A stretch of DNA of 64,000 nt from Minisyncoccia bacterium (lineage in GTDB: Bacteria > Patescibacteriota > Minisyncoccia > UBA6257 > 2-01-FULL-56-20). Position numbers and translations under genes: made by a program. The DNA lies in NCBI GenBank assembly GCA_050008535.1, contig JBEKML010000001.1, positions 260,633 through 324,632 on the forward strand, written 5' to 3'. Positions 55,456 through 64,000 of the stretch are shown piece after piece. Below the pieces are notes generated by a model that was given only the letters and a program-made list of their open reading frames with translations, was not told where the DNA came from and did no database searches. How positions within the stretch are numbered: position 1 is the stretch's first letter; every line of letters begins with the position of its first letter.

Positions 55456-58446
55456 ATGGAATCGCCGATTCTCAATTCACCCTATGCAGAGCCGGATCGG
55501 CACTTCAAGTCCAACGATCGCGGCCTCACGGACGAGGTGGCGCGCAGCCGCCGCGCGAGCAGCCTTTATATCCCTGTCCCGAGGGCGAAGACAAAACAGC
55601 AAAAGCTCGACCTGAACCTCGCGGAGGGCGCGTTCGGCAGCGAACTCCAAAAAGAGAACGAGTTCGTCAACAAGGTACGGGCGAAAATAAAAGCGTGGCG
55701 CGAGAGCGGATACCCGGGCATCACGAAAACATCTCGCGACCTCCTTGCCTACTGGAAAGACGAAACGAGGGAGAACAAGCTGTTCTTCTGCCAGATCGAG
55801 GCGCTCGAAACTTTCATTTTTGCGAACGAAGTCGCCGAGAAATCAGGGGAGAGTTGGCTCGTGAACGAACTCAAAAAGGCGAACGCGGACGCGAACCCCG
55901 GCCTTTACCGCATGGCGCTCAAGATGGCGACCGGATCGGGGAAGACGGTCGTGATGGCGATGATCATCGCGTACCACACGCTGAACAAGATCCGCTATCC
56001 CCAAGACACGCGGTTCACCGATGCCTTTGTGGTCGTTGCGCCGGGCATCACGATCCGCGACCGCCTCTCGGTGCTGTACCCGAACAACCCTCGCAACTAT
56101 TACCGCGAGCGCGACGTCGTTCCGTACCAAGATTTTGAGTTGCTCCAGCAGGCGGTCGTGTTCATCACCAATTTCCACCAGCTCGAGCAGCGGCAAAATC
56201 CCCGCCTGCCGTTGGGATCGGTATTGAAGGCTGCCGAACTTATCAAGGAGGAAGTGATCAAGGAAACTCCCAACGCCATGGTTCTGCGCACGTTCAAAAG
56301 CATCCTTGGCAAGCCGCGCGTTCTCGTCATCAACGACGAAGCCCACCACTGCTACCGCGAGAAGCCAACAAAGGAAAGATTCGTTGGCGAAGACCGGAAG
56401 GAAGCAGACGAGAACAACAAGGCGGCGCGCGTCTGGATCAGCGGCCTTGAGGCGCTTTCGAAAAAGATCCAAGTGAGCGCCATCGTCGACCTCTCGGCGA
56501 CGCCATATTTCTTGAGCGGATCGGGATATCGGGAGGGAACGCTGTTTCCTTGGACCATATATGATTTTTCGCTGCTCGATGCGCTCGAGTGCGGCGTCGT
56601 GAAAATTCCGCGCCTGCCGATCGAATCCGACACCATCAAGCAGGACGAAGAGCCCGAATTCCGCAACCTGTGGCTCCACATCCGGGAGGACTTGCCGAAG
56701 AAGGGGTTGAAAACCGGCGATTACGACCTTTCGGTTCTCGTCCTGCCCAAAACGCTCCAGGAGGCTCTCGAATCGCTCTACGGCAGCTATGAGCAATCCT
56801 ATCGGGCGTACGAGTCGGCGAAAAAGGACAACCCGAACGTCATGCCGCCGGTCATGATCGTCGTTTGCAACAATACTGCGGTGTCGGAACTGGTGTACCG
56901 GTGGATCGCCGGTTACCAGCGGGAAACGGCGAGCGGGAAAACGAAAATCGAAAAGGGCAATATGGAAATTTTCCGGAACGAAGACGGCGTGCGGTTCCTT
57001 GACCGGCCGAATACGCTGATCATCGACAGCGCGCAGCTTGAGAGCGGCGAGAAAGTCGGTGACGAATTCAAACAGATATTCGCAAAAGAGATAGAAGATT
57101 TCCAAAAAGAATACAAAAAGCGGTTTGCCGGGCGTGAAGAACCAACGGATGAGGAGGTTTTACGTGAGGTCATGAATACGGTCGGGAAACCCGGGAAGCT
57201 TGGCGAGAACATCAAATGTGTCGTCTCGGTGTCGATGTTGACTGAAGGTTGGGACGTGAACACAGTGACCCACATCCTCGGAGTCCGCGCCTTCTCGACG
57301 CAGCTCCTCTGCGAGCAGGTCGTCGGACGGGCGCTCCGGAGGGTGGACTACGGCGTTGACGAGAAGACTGGGCTGCTCTCGCCGGAATACGCGGAAGTGT
57401 ACGGCGTGCCGTTCAACTTCCTCAAGGCGGAGGGCGGGCCAACTACGGTGCAACCGCCCAAGGTGATCCACCGCGTCCACGCGATGCCCGACCGGGAGCA
57501 ATACGAGATCACCTTCCCGCGCGTCGAAGGATACCGGTACGAGTTGGACGAGGCGAAACTCGCCGCGCATTTCACCGAAGGCTCAAGAACGGTAATTGAG
57601 AATGAGCCAACCGAGGTGACAAGCAGCGGCATCGTCGGCGAGGAAACGAAAGAAACGATGGTGAAAATCAAGGAACGGCGCGAAGGCGAGGTGGTGATCC
57701 GGCTCGTCCAGGGACTGCTCAAAAGGTATTACACCGACGCCGACGGGAACGAAAAGTACTGGCTTGGGCCGCAGCTCATGCGGATCGCCGAGGAGTACGT
57801 GAAGCGCCACGTCGTCCTCAAGGACCGCATGGTGATAGGATACCTTCTGGTCGGCGAATATTTCTCCGGCGCGCTCACGAAAATTCAGCAGGCGATCGTC
57901 GCCGAGAATATCGAGCACCGGGAGAACAAGAAGCTCCTGCCCATCCTTGCCGCCTACGACCCGATAGGGTCGACCCGCTACGTCGATTTCCTCACGACGA
58001 AGCCGGTTTGGGAAACGGCAAAGAGCCATCTGAATTACGTCGTCGCGGACACGGAGGAATGGGAGCAAGGCGTGGCGAAGCGGCTGGAGCAGATGCCCGA
58101 AGTAATCTCCTATGTGAAGAACCAGAATCTAGGGTTCGCGGTTCCCTACGAGCATCAGGGCGTCGCGCATCATTATTTGCCAGACTTCATCGTCAAAATT
58201 GAGGGTCTGGACAAATCCGTCCTTTACCTCATCCTTGAGGTGACGGGAAAGAAGGACGACAAGAAGACGATGAAGGTAAAGACGGTGAAGGAATTTTGGG
58301 TTCCGGCGGTGAACAATGCGGGGCGGTTCGGGAAATGGGCGGCGCTCGAGGTGCAGGACATCCACGAGGTGCAGAACCTGATCCATGCCGGACTCGCGGA
58401 GGGGTTCGAAAACGTAAAAGCAGGAACGCTGTTTAATAAACGATAA
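55456..58446 (+). CDS. res: Type III restriction enzyme Res subunit (SF2 helicase plus C-terminal PD-(D/E)xK nuclease)
   Basis: MATGSGKT, DEAHH, LSATP, QVVGRALRR helicase motifs; C-terminal YLPDF...LILEVTGKKD nuclease motif; 996 aa. Confidence 0.85.
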   Translation: MESPILNSPYAEPDRHFKSNDRGLTDEVARSRRASSLYIPVPRAKTKQQKLDLNLAEGAFGSELQKENEFVNKVRAKIKAWRESGYPGITKTSRDLLAYWKDETRENKLFFCQIEALETFIFANEVAEKSGESWLVNELKKANADANPGLYRMALKMATGSGKTVVMAMIIAYHTLNKIRYPQDTRFTDAFVVVAPGITIRDRLSVLYPNNPRNYYRERDVVPYQDFELLQQAVVFITNFHQLEQRQNPRLPLGSVLKAAELIKEEVIKETPNAMVLRTFKSILGKPRVLVINDEAHHCYREKPTKERFVGEDRKEADENNKAARVWISGLEALSKKIQVSAIVDLSATPYFLSGSGYREGTLFPWTIYDFSLLDALECGVVKIPRLPIESDTIKQDEEPEFRNLWLHIREDLPKKGLKTGDYDLSVLVLPKTLQEALESLYGSYEQSYRAYESAKKDNPNVMPPVMIVVCNNTAVSELVYRWIAGYQRETASGKTKIEKGNMEIFRNEDGVRFLDRPNTLIIDSAQLESGEKVGDEFKQIFAKEIEDFQKEYKKRFAGREEPTDEEVLREVMNTVGKPGKLGENIKCVVSVSMLTEGWDVNTVTHILGVRAFSTQLLCEQVVGRALRRVDYGVDEKTGLLSPEYAEVYGVPFNFLKAEGGPTTVQPPKVIHRVHAMPDREQYEITFPRVEGYRYELDEAKLAAHFTEGSRTVIENEPTEVTSSGIVGEETKETMVKIKERREGEVVIRLVQGLLKRYYTDADGNEKYWLGPQLMRIAEEYVKRHVVLKDRMVIGYLLVGEYFSGALTKIQQAIVAENIEHRENKKLLPILAAYDPIGSTRYVDFLTTKPVWETAKSHLNYVVADTEEWEQGVAKRLEQMPEVISYVKNQNLGFAVPYEHQGVAHHYLPDFIVKIEGLDKSVLYLILEVTGKKDDKKTMKVKTVKEFWVPAVNNAGRFGKWAALEVQDIHEVQNLIHAGLAEGFENVKAGTLFNKR

Positions 58447-58457
58447 CCAAAAAAATC

Positions 58458-60896
58458 ATGCCAAGGAAAAAAATGTCACAACCGACAAACGCCGCTCCGG
58501 TGGAGTCGTACAAGCACCGCGAGAAGCGCGTCCGAATTCCAACGCAGGAAGAGTCCGTCAAGCTTCCGGCGCGGGACAAGCAGCCGATGAAGAAAAAATA
58601 TGATTACGATCCGTCGCTCGACCCGCAGCTCGTGTGGGCCGGCAAAAAAGAGGCGGGGGCGGAGTTCGGCGTGGCGACGGTGCCGATTTACGTCCAGGAG
58701 AATATCGCGCCCGAAGCCATCATCGCGCGCCTCAAGGCAGGCGCGAAGGAAGATTTCCAACCATTGCTTTTCGGCGAAACGGCGCAGATGCAGTTCTCGA
58801 AAGCAGTTGATTTTTACAAGCACGAGGAAAATTGGCGCAACCGCATGATCCTCGGCGACTCTCTGGTCGTAATGAACAGCCTGCTCGAGAAAGAAGGGCT
58901 GCGCGGCAGGGTACAAACAATCTATATTGACCCGCCGTATGGAATAAAATTCGGGTCCAACTGGCAGGTCTCAACGCGCAAGCGCGACGTAAAGGATAAT
59001 AAGCTTGAAGATTTTATCCGCCAGCCGGAACAAGTGAAGGCGTTCCGCGATACATGGGAACTTGGCATACATTCTTATCTTTCGTACTTAAGAGATCGAC
59101 TCACGGTAGCTCGCGAACTGCTCACTGAAAGCGGATCGTGTTTTGTGCAGATTAATGATGAAAATGTTCACCATATTCGGGAATTGATGGATGAGGTTTT
59201 TGGATATGACAATTTAGTTGCCCATATAGTTTTTGTAACACGAGGGGTTCTAAGTTCGGCGGACATTGTAAGTAAATTCGATCATTTATGCTGGTACGCT
59301 AAAGACAAGAAAACGGTAAAGTTTCGACAATTATTTACGGAGAAGAGTGAGGAAGATTTTGGAAACTACCCCTATTTTTGGGCCAAAGATGGGAGTCTTC
59401 AAAATGCGACAAAGGATACACCACCAGATCAACGTTTTGCGTTTGCCGATTTCAATTCGTCCGGCCTGACACCCACATGTGTTTTCCCGATCGAAATAAA
59501 CGGGCGAACATATATGCCGCGCCCTGGAAAGTCTTGGAGAACAAACAAGGCGGGAGCTGAACGGCTTATAAAAAAAGAAAGGTTGGTGCCAAGGGGCAAT
59601 AGTATTTCTTATATTACCTATTTAAATGAATTCCCCGTTTCTCGAATTACAAATCTTTGGAATGATACCGGACCGCAGTTGGGGAAGATTTATGTGGTTC
59701 AGACTTCCGAGGAAGTAAATAAGCGATGTGTATTGATGACGACTGATCCGGGTGATTTGGTTATTGATCCTACTTGCGGATCTGGCACGACTGCATATAT
59801 TGCCGAACAATGGGGTCGTCGTTGGATTACGGTGGATACTTCACGTGTCGCGCTTGCATTGGCGCGTACGCGTCTCATGACGGCAAAATTTCCCTATTAT
59901 AAACTTAGGGAAAGAAATGTTGTTGCGTCTGGATTTGAATGCAAAACTGTGCCACATGTAACTCTCAAATCTCTCGCCAATGACGAGCTGCCGGAACAAG
60001 AGGTGCTTTGCGATCAGCCATTTGAAAACAAAGAAATCACGCGCGTTTCTGGGCCGTTTACCGTCGAATCGTTATCGCCGCACCGGATCTCAGACGCGCA
60101 GGAAATGATTTCTTCGGAGCACTTTGTCGAAACCGTCATCTCCAACCTGCTCAAGTCCGGCGTTCAAACCGGTCAAAAAGGTGCCCGGGTTGAATTCGCT
60201 AATTTAGATATTCTCCCCGGCGGGCCGGAGATTCAGGCGGCCGGCGAATACGAGACCGAAAACGGGTTGAAGAAAGTCGCCGTTTCCATCGGGCCGGAAT
60301 TCGGCAGCGTTGACGACGACTTCATCCGGGACGGCGCGAGCGTCGCCAAGCGGTTCGCAGATCTGCTGGTCGTCGCAGCGACGTCCTTCGACGCGTCAGC
60401 ATTCTCAATGCCCGCCGAAATAGGCAACTTGAGAATCATGCGGGTGAAAATAAATCCGGATTTATCAATGGGCGATCTGTTGAAGAAAACGGGATCCGGC
60501 AACCTTTTCCTCGCGTTCGGCGAACCGCAGGTGAATATAAAACAAACAAAGGAAGGAGTTGTCGCCGAAGTCGTCGGCGTGGATGTCTACGATCCCGTGA
60601 CGAGCGAAATCCGTTCAAGCGGCTCCGGCGATCCCGAGCACGAAATCGCGGCATGGTTCATAGACACCAATTACAACGGCGAGGCATTCTTCGTAACGCA
60701 CGCATATTTTCTCGGAGCCGACAAACCCTACGAGAAACTGAAAAAAGCTCTCAAAGCCGATATCAACGAAAGCGCATGGGAAGAACTTTACTCAACCGTA
60801 TCTCGGCCGTTCCCAAAGCCAAAAACCGGTCAAATCGCCGTGAAAGTGATCAACCATTACGGAGACGAGGTGATGAAAGTGATTCCAGTTTCCTGA
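58458..60896 (+). CDS. mod: Type III-like DNA methyltransferase (Mod) with extended C-terminal region
   Basis: IYIDPPYGIKFG (motif IV) and DPTCGSGTTAYIA (motif I); 812 aa. Confidence 0.8.
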   Translation: MPRKKMSQPTNAAPVESYKHREKRVRIPTQEESVKLPARDKQPMKKKYDYDPSLDPQLVWAGKKEAGAEFGVATVPIYVQENIAPEAIIARLKAGAKEDFQPLLFGETAQMQFSKAVDFYKHEENWRNRMILGDSLVVMNSLLEKEGLRGRVQTIYIDPPYGIKFGSNWQVSTRKRDVKDNKLEDFIRQPEQVKAFRDTWELGIHSYLSYLRDRLTVARELLTESGSCFVQINDENVHHIRELMDEVFGYDNLVAHIVFVTRGVLSSADIVSKFDHLCWYAKDKKTVKFRQLFTEKSEEDFGNYPYFWAKDGSLQNATKDTPPDQRFAFADFNSSGLTPTCVFPIEINGRTYMPRPGKSWRTNKAGAERLIKKERLVPRGNSISYITYLNEFPVSRITNLWNDTGPQLGKIYVVQTSEEVNKRCVLMTTDPGDLVIDPTCGSGTTAYIAEQWGRRWITVDTSRVALALARTRLMTAKFPYYKLRERNVVASGFECKTVPHVTLKSLANDELPEQEVLCDQPFENKEITRVSGPFTVESLSPHRISDAQEMISSEHFVETVISNLLKSGVQTGQKGARVEFANLDILPGGPEIQAAGEYETENGLKKVAVSIGPEFGSVDDDFIRDGASVAKRFADLLVVAATSFDASAFSMPAEIGNLRIMRVKINPDLSMGDLLKKTGSGNLFLAFGEPQVNIKQTKEGVVAEVVGVDVYDPVTSEIRSSGSGDPEHEIAAWFIDTNYNGEAFFVTHAYFLGADKPYEKLKKALKADINESAWEELYSTVSRPFPKPKTGQIAVKVINHYGDEVMKVIPVS

Positions 60897-60907
60897 AATG
60901 CCATTTG

Positions 60908-62041
60908 CTATCCAGATTTTTGGCTGATAGTCGACTTCGGAAGCCAATCTATCTGGAGCACTCCCCATGCTACGAAGGTGATAAGCACACCAAAAGTCAT
61001 TGCGAGCGGAAAATTATGGAACCAAGCGGCAAGAGATCCGATGACTGCGGACGCAGATCCAATGATAGAGGCGGCGGAAGATAATGTTGAAAATTGGCCG
61101 TAGCTATTTTCAAATTCGATTACGGTCATTTTTTTGTGGGAAAACGGCACAAAGAGGAATCTGAACGCGATCAGGACGACCGGGAAGCCCACCGCCACCA
61201 ATATTCCAAGGAGCAGTTTGTTTTGCCAAAACAGATAAAGCGTGAGCAGCCATGGAAGCCACGAAATGAAAGGAATCATGAATGCATTCGCGTTCTTTTT
61301 CTGATGATCGTCTAAAATCTCCCACTTGAGAACCTCGTCCCTGTTCAAGAAAGAAGTTTTTCCCAACGTGCGTATTTTAATGTTGTCGTCGTTCACTTTG
61401 AGCAGCAGGACGTCCAGGAGCGGCTTCGTTTTACCGTTGAAATAAATATCCGCTCGGGGGGCGGAATGCCTCATCAACGAATAGTTCAATGCTATGAGGA
61501 TGAAAACGGAAAAGACCTGGACCGAAAATATCGAAATCCAGAAAATGCTTCCCGAAAGAAGTTCCAATGCGAAGATGAAAATGACGAACATTGAAAATAT
61601 CTGCAAGAAAATGGTGTTGATGTTCGTGACCCTGTCGAAAATTCTTTCCGCAGCGTCCTTATTAATTTCGGGATCGGGGTTTGGGAGTCCGTATTTTCCT
61701 TTACCCAAAATGCTCGCTGCGACGGTGCAATAGCTCCCAATGAGAAAAATGATGGCAAAATCAATCCAGTGGTAATTGACGGGGGCGACGTACGCAGGAA
61801 TCTGCGAAGCCCAACCCATGATGAAATCCTTGAAGCGCAGCAGAGTTCCTATGGCGATGATACCCGGCGGGAGTAGGAAATCGGCTAAAAACCAAAGCCC
61901 GGAAAATTCAATTTCCCAATCACGGTTGTCCGTGAATGCTTTTTGATCGGCGATGATTTTGCCAAAAAGATGCGTAAAATATGCGGCAATCGATAGTATA
62001 ATCGCGGGGGTGATCCACGGGGATAAATCCTGCCAGTTCAT
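60908..62041 (-). CDS. hypothetical polytopic membrane protein, AT-rich gene
   Basis: 377 aa with TM clusters at the N-terminus, middle and C-terminus; noticeably lower GC than the surroundings. Confidence 0.55.
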   Translation of the reverse strand: MNWQDLSPWITPAIILSIAAYFTHLFGKIIADQKAFTDNRDWEIEFSGLWFLADFLLPPGIIAIGTLLRFKDFIMGWASQIPAYVAPVNYHWIDFAIIFLIGSYCTVAASILGKGKYGLPNPDPEINKDAAERIFDRVTNINTIFLQIFSMFVIFIFALELLSGSIFWISIFSVQVFSVFILIALNYSLMRHSAPRADIYFNGKTKPLLDVLLLKVNDDNIKIRTLGKTSFLNRDEVLKWEILDDHQKKNANAFMIPFISWLPWLLTLYLFWQNKLLLGILVAVGFPVVLIAFRFLFVPFSHKKMTVIEFENSYGQFSTLSSAASIIGSASAVIGSLAAWFHNFPLAMTFGVLITFVAWGVLQIDWLPKSTISQKSG

Positions 62042-62193
62042 GCGTCAATCATATGGCTCTGCCGGAGAGGGGTCAAATCGGAGGCGGGTTATCAACTTGA
62101 TCGCTCTGGACGCGCGGATGCAACTGCGTCATCCCTGTTAATGCAGTCAAAGGTCGCAGGCAAAAAAAGAAAACCAACATGGGAAGGCATTAT

Positions 62194-62553
62194 ATGGGTG
62201 ACATCAACGGCAAGTTCTGGTTTGGGGTGCAATCGAGCGATGACGCGTCGTTTTTCGGCGGCGATGAGATCGAGCCGAGCTGCATCGAGTATTTTTTCGA
62301 CGGGGGCGACATGCCGGACATCGAGTCGGGGATCGGAGTGTGCAAGCAGAAGCTCGGCAAATACAAAATCGAGCTTGATGATTTCTTCAAAGATCACGAG
62401 GGATGGAAGGACGAGGAAGTGGCTGAGGCACTCAAGGTCGCGAAAGATCAAGCGTTGGAACTGCTCTCGTGGTACGCGCGGCTCGAGCTTGGATTGAAGA
62501 TCCAGAAGTGCGTCGCGGAAAACGGCTCCTGCGGGTTCGAGGCGGAATTCTGA
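62194..62553 (+). CDS. hypothetical small acidic protein
   Basis: About 119 aa with over 20% D/E; GGGAAGG RBS-like before the Met. Confidence 0.4.
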   Translation: MGDINGKFWFGVQSSDDASFFGGDEIEPSCIEYFFDGGDMPDIESGIGVCKQKLGKYKIELDDFFKDHEGWKDEEVAEALKVAKDQALELLSWYARLELGLKIQKCVAENGSCGFEAEF

Positions 62554-62779
62554 AACTGGACTTTTTCCGAAAGCCGCGTCATCATTGAGTTATAACTGAA
62601 TATCAGATAGAGACCTAACCCCGGACGAGCTTTTCAATGCTTTTCGGGCATGGTTGCAAACCCAGTCAAGGATAAAGACCCCATCATATGGGAACGCCTT
62701 GACTGGTCATAGCTGGAAACGGCTATGGGTGGCCCTTCGGGACCATCGCCCATGTGGTGGGTTTTTTGCCGCCTAAAAA

Positions 62780-63001
62780 ATGATCAACGATTTCTTCATC
62801 AACCTCATAAGGAAGTACCAGCGCGACATCTCGCCGGAATTGCAACGGCGCGGCGTGGAGTGCTTTTTCAACCCGAGCTGTTCCGAATATGCCATTGGGT
62901 GCCTGCAAAGATTCAATCTCGTAAAGGCCGGATTCTATATCGCCTACAGGCTGTTGAGTTGCAATCCGATCAACGCCCGGCGCGTGAGGGCGAAAGCATA
63001 A
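62780..63001 (+). CDS. yidD: membrane protein insertion efficiency factor YidD
   Basis: CFFNPSCSEYAIGCLQRFNLVKAGFYIAYRLLSCNP matches the YidD (DUF37) signature. Confidence 0.8.
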   Translation: MINDFFINLIRKYQRDISPELQRRGVECFFNPSCSEYAIGCLQRFNLVKAGFYIAYRLLSCNPINARRVRAKA

Positions 63002-63021
63002 AAATATAAAAACAAAACACT

Positions 63022-63291
63022 ATGGCTAAAGAATACAAGACACTCGTCTTCCCCGACACCATCGAGGGAAGGGTGAAGATGGCAAAAGACATTGACGCAT
63101 TGGCGAACGACGGTTGGGAAGTGAAAAGTAAGGAGGTGTCCGACCAGGGGTGGGATGCGGGGAAAACGTGCTGTCTCGGCGCGCTCTTTCTGCCGCTCGC
63201 GCTCCTCGGCAAAAAGGAGAAAGTGATAACGCTCATCATGGAGCGGGAGAAAGGCCGCACGGAAAACCAAAACTCGACGGGCGAAAAATAA
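63022..63291 (+). CDS. hypothetical small protein
   Basis: 89-aa ORF with a C-terminal hydrophobic stretch. Confidence 0.35.
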   Translation: MAKEYKTLVFPDTIEGRVKMAKDIDALANDGWEVKSKEVSDQGWDAGKTCCLGALFLPLALLGKKEKVITLIMEREKGRTENQNSTGEK

Positions 63292-63309
63292 AAATAGGAA
63301 AACATACTA

Positions 63310-64000
63310 TGGAAGAAGAAAATAAAAATGGTGAATCTCCGAAACAAGAAGGTGGCCGGAAAAGCGCCATGCGCGGGATTTTTATCGGCATCCTTGTATT
63401 TGCGGTCATCTTCGGCGTCATAGCAATGGTCGGATCAAGCGGATCAAATTCGGGCAACCCCTCCGCACCTTCCGCCCCGTCTGGCTGTAGCGACCCAAAT
63501 CTCCAACAGCAGGCACAAACGATAGACTACAAACAACTCGAAAAGGATCCTGGATCCTTCAACGGCACGATCGCAGAGTTCACCGGCCAGATTTTGCAAA
63601 TCCAGCAGTCGGATAGCCAAGGCATCATCCGCTTAGCCGTCGATAAGCTATTCGGAGACGCATGGAACCCGGGTGATGTTGTGTATGTGAGTTATCAAGG
63701 AAGCACCAATGCCGTGCAGGGCGACATCGTGAACGTCTACGGGCCGCTTACGGGATCGCAGACTTATACCTCGCAGGCGAATTTCCACATCACCGTCCCA
63801 AGCATGACGGGATGCGTCATAGAAGAGGCATCCTCTTCGGCGGCCGCAGCAACAGTTCCGCCTCCGGCCCCTGCCGTTCCCACGCCAACGCAAAAACAAA
63901 ATCCCGCACCGGTCACAGGCCAAGCAACTCCCAATTCCGCACCGCAGATTCCGGCCACGTCTCCTACTCCCAAGACATGGCACACTGCGACCACGGTTAC
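63310..64000 (+). CDS. membrane-anchored protein with Pro/Thr/Ala-rich C-terminal region (partial; runs off window end)
   Basis: Own translation: MEEENKNGESPKQEGGRKSAMRGIFIGILVFAVIFGVIAMVGSSG...; no stop before 64000; absent from the ORF track because it is open-ended. Confidence 0.5.

Noticed and set aside
55843-57105. 420-aa antisense ORF inside res, and 31283..32633(-) ORFs inside the DEAD-box helicase
   Set aside because: Sense frames contain complete SF2 helicase motif sets; antisense translations are low-complexity.
1-64000. CRISPR arrays
   Set aside because: No series of regularly spaced short direct repeats is present anywhere in the window.

Overview
This is a roughly 55% GC bacterial chromosome segment. 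The gene content and dense packing fit a CPR/Patescibacteria-like organism, but that lineage call is inference only.

The left third (1-35.6 kb) is core and housekeeping: a DedA membrane protein, a glutaredoxin-trxB pair, groES-groEL, lemA-htpX, an archaeal-type UMP kinase, YbaK, tRNA-Ser(GGA), a secreted Ig-like-repeat protein, and a complete liv-type branched-chain amino-acid ABC operon with a divergent TrmB regulator. It continues with a CphA-like ATP-grasp ligase, an ApbE flavin transferase beside a membrane RnfD/NqrB-like-FNR flavoprotein, pepN, an S8/S53 peptidase, gyrB, pyrD, an ABC exporter, PAP2, rpsR-nusG-secE, a DEAD-box helicase, a Cache sensor, a type IV pilin and cfa.

From about 35.7 to 53.2 kb lies a co-directional phage-derived island. 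It begins at a cluster of TGACAC/GTGTCA motifs and ends at an atypical tRNA-like gene. It carries a ParB-DNA methyltransferase fusion, small and large terminase, an HNH endonuclease and many small zinc-ribbon proteins, but no recognisable capsid, portal, tail or integrase genes.

Embedded in the island (41.8-49.3 kb) is an unusual eight-gene cassette of nucleotide and sugar-phosphate enzymes. It comprises a minimal NTase-histidine phosphatase fusion, a guanylate-kinase-like protein, a GT8 glycosyltransferase, a ribulose-phosphate-epimerase-like TIM barrel, a PRK/uridine-kinase-like P-loop kinase, a Nudix hydrolase, a GT-A glycosyltransferase and a standalone Hsp70-NBD-like ATPase. This is the best candidate for an undescribed system; it may be a nucleotide-sugar or DNA/virion glycosylation (hypermodification) module, or a nucleotide-based conflict system.

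Right of the island sit an IS982-family transposase, a Type III restriction-modification system in the unusual res-then-mod order, an AT-rich membrane protein, an acidic small protein, yidD and a partial Pro/Thr-rich membrane protein.

Other notable points are a candidate ~240-nt sRNA with consensus promoter and terminator, a 32-bp perfect palindrome between trxB and groES, a G8 homopolymer frameshift in livG, and several textbook promoters.
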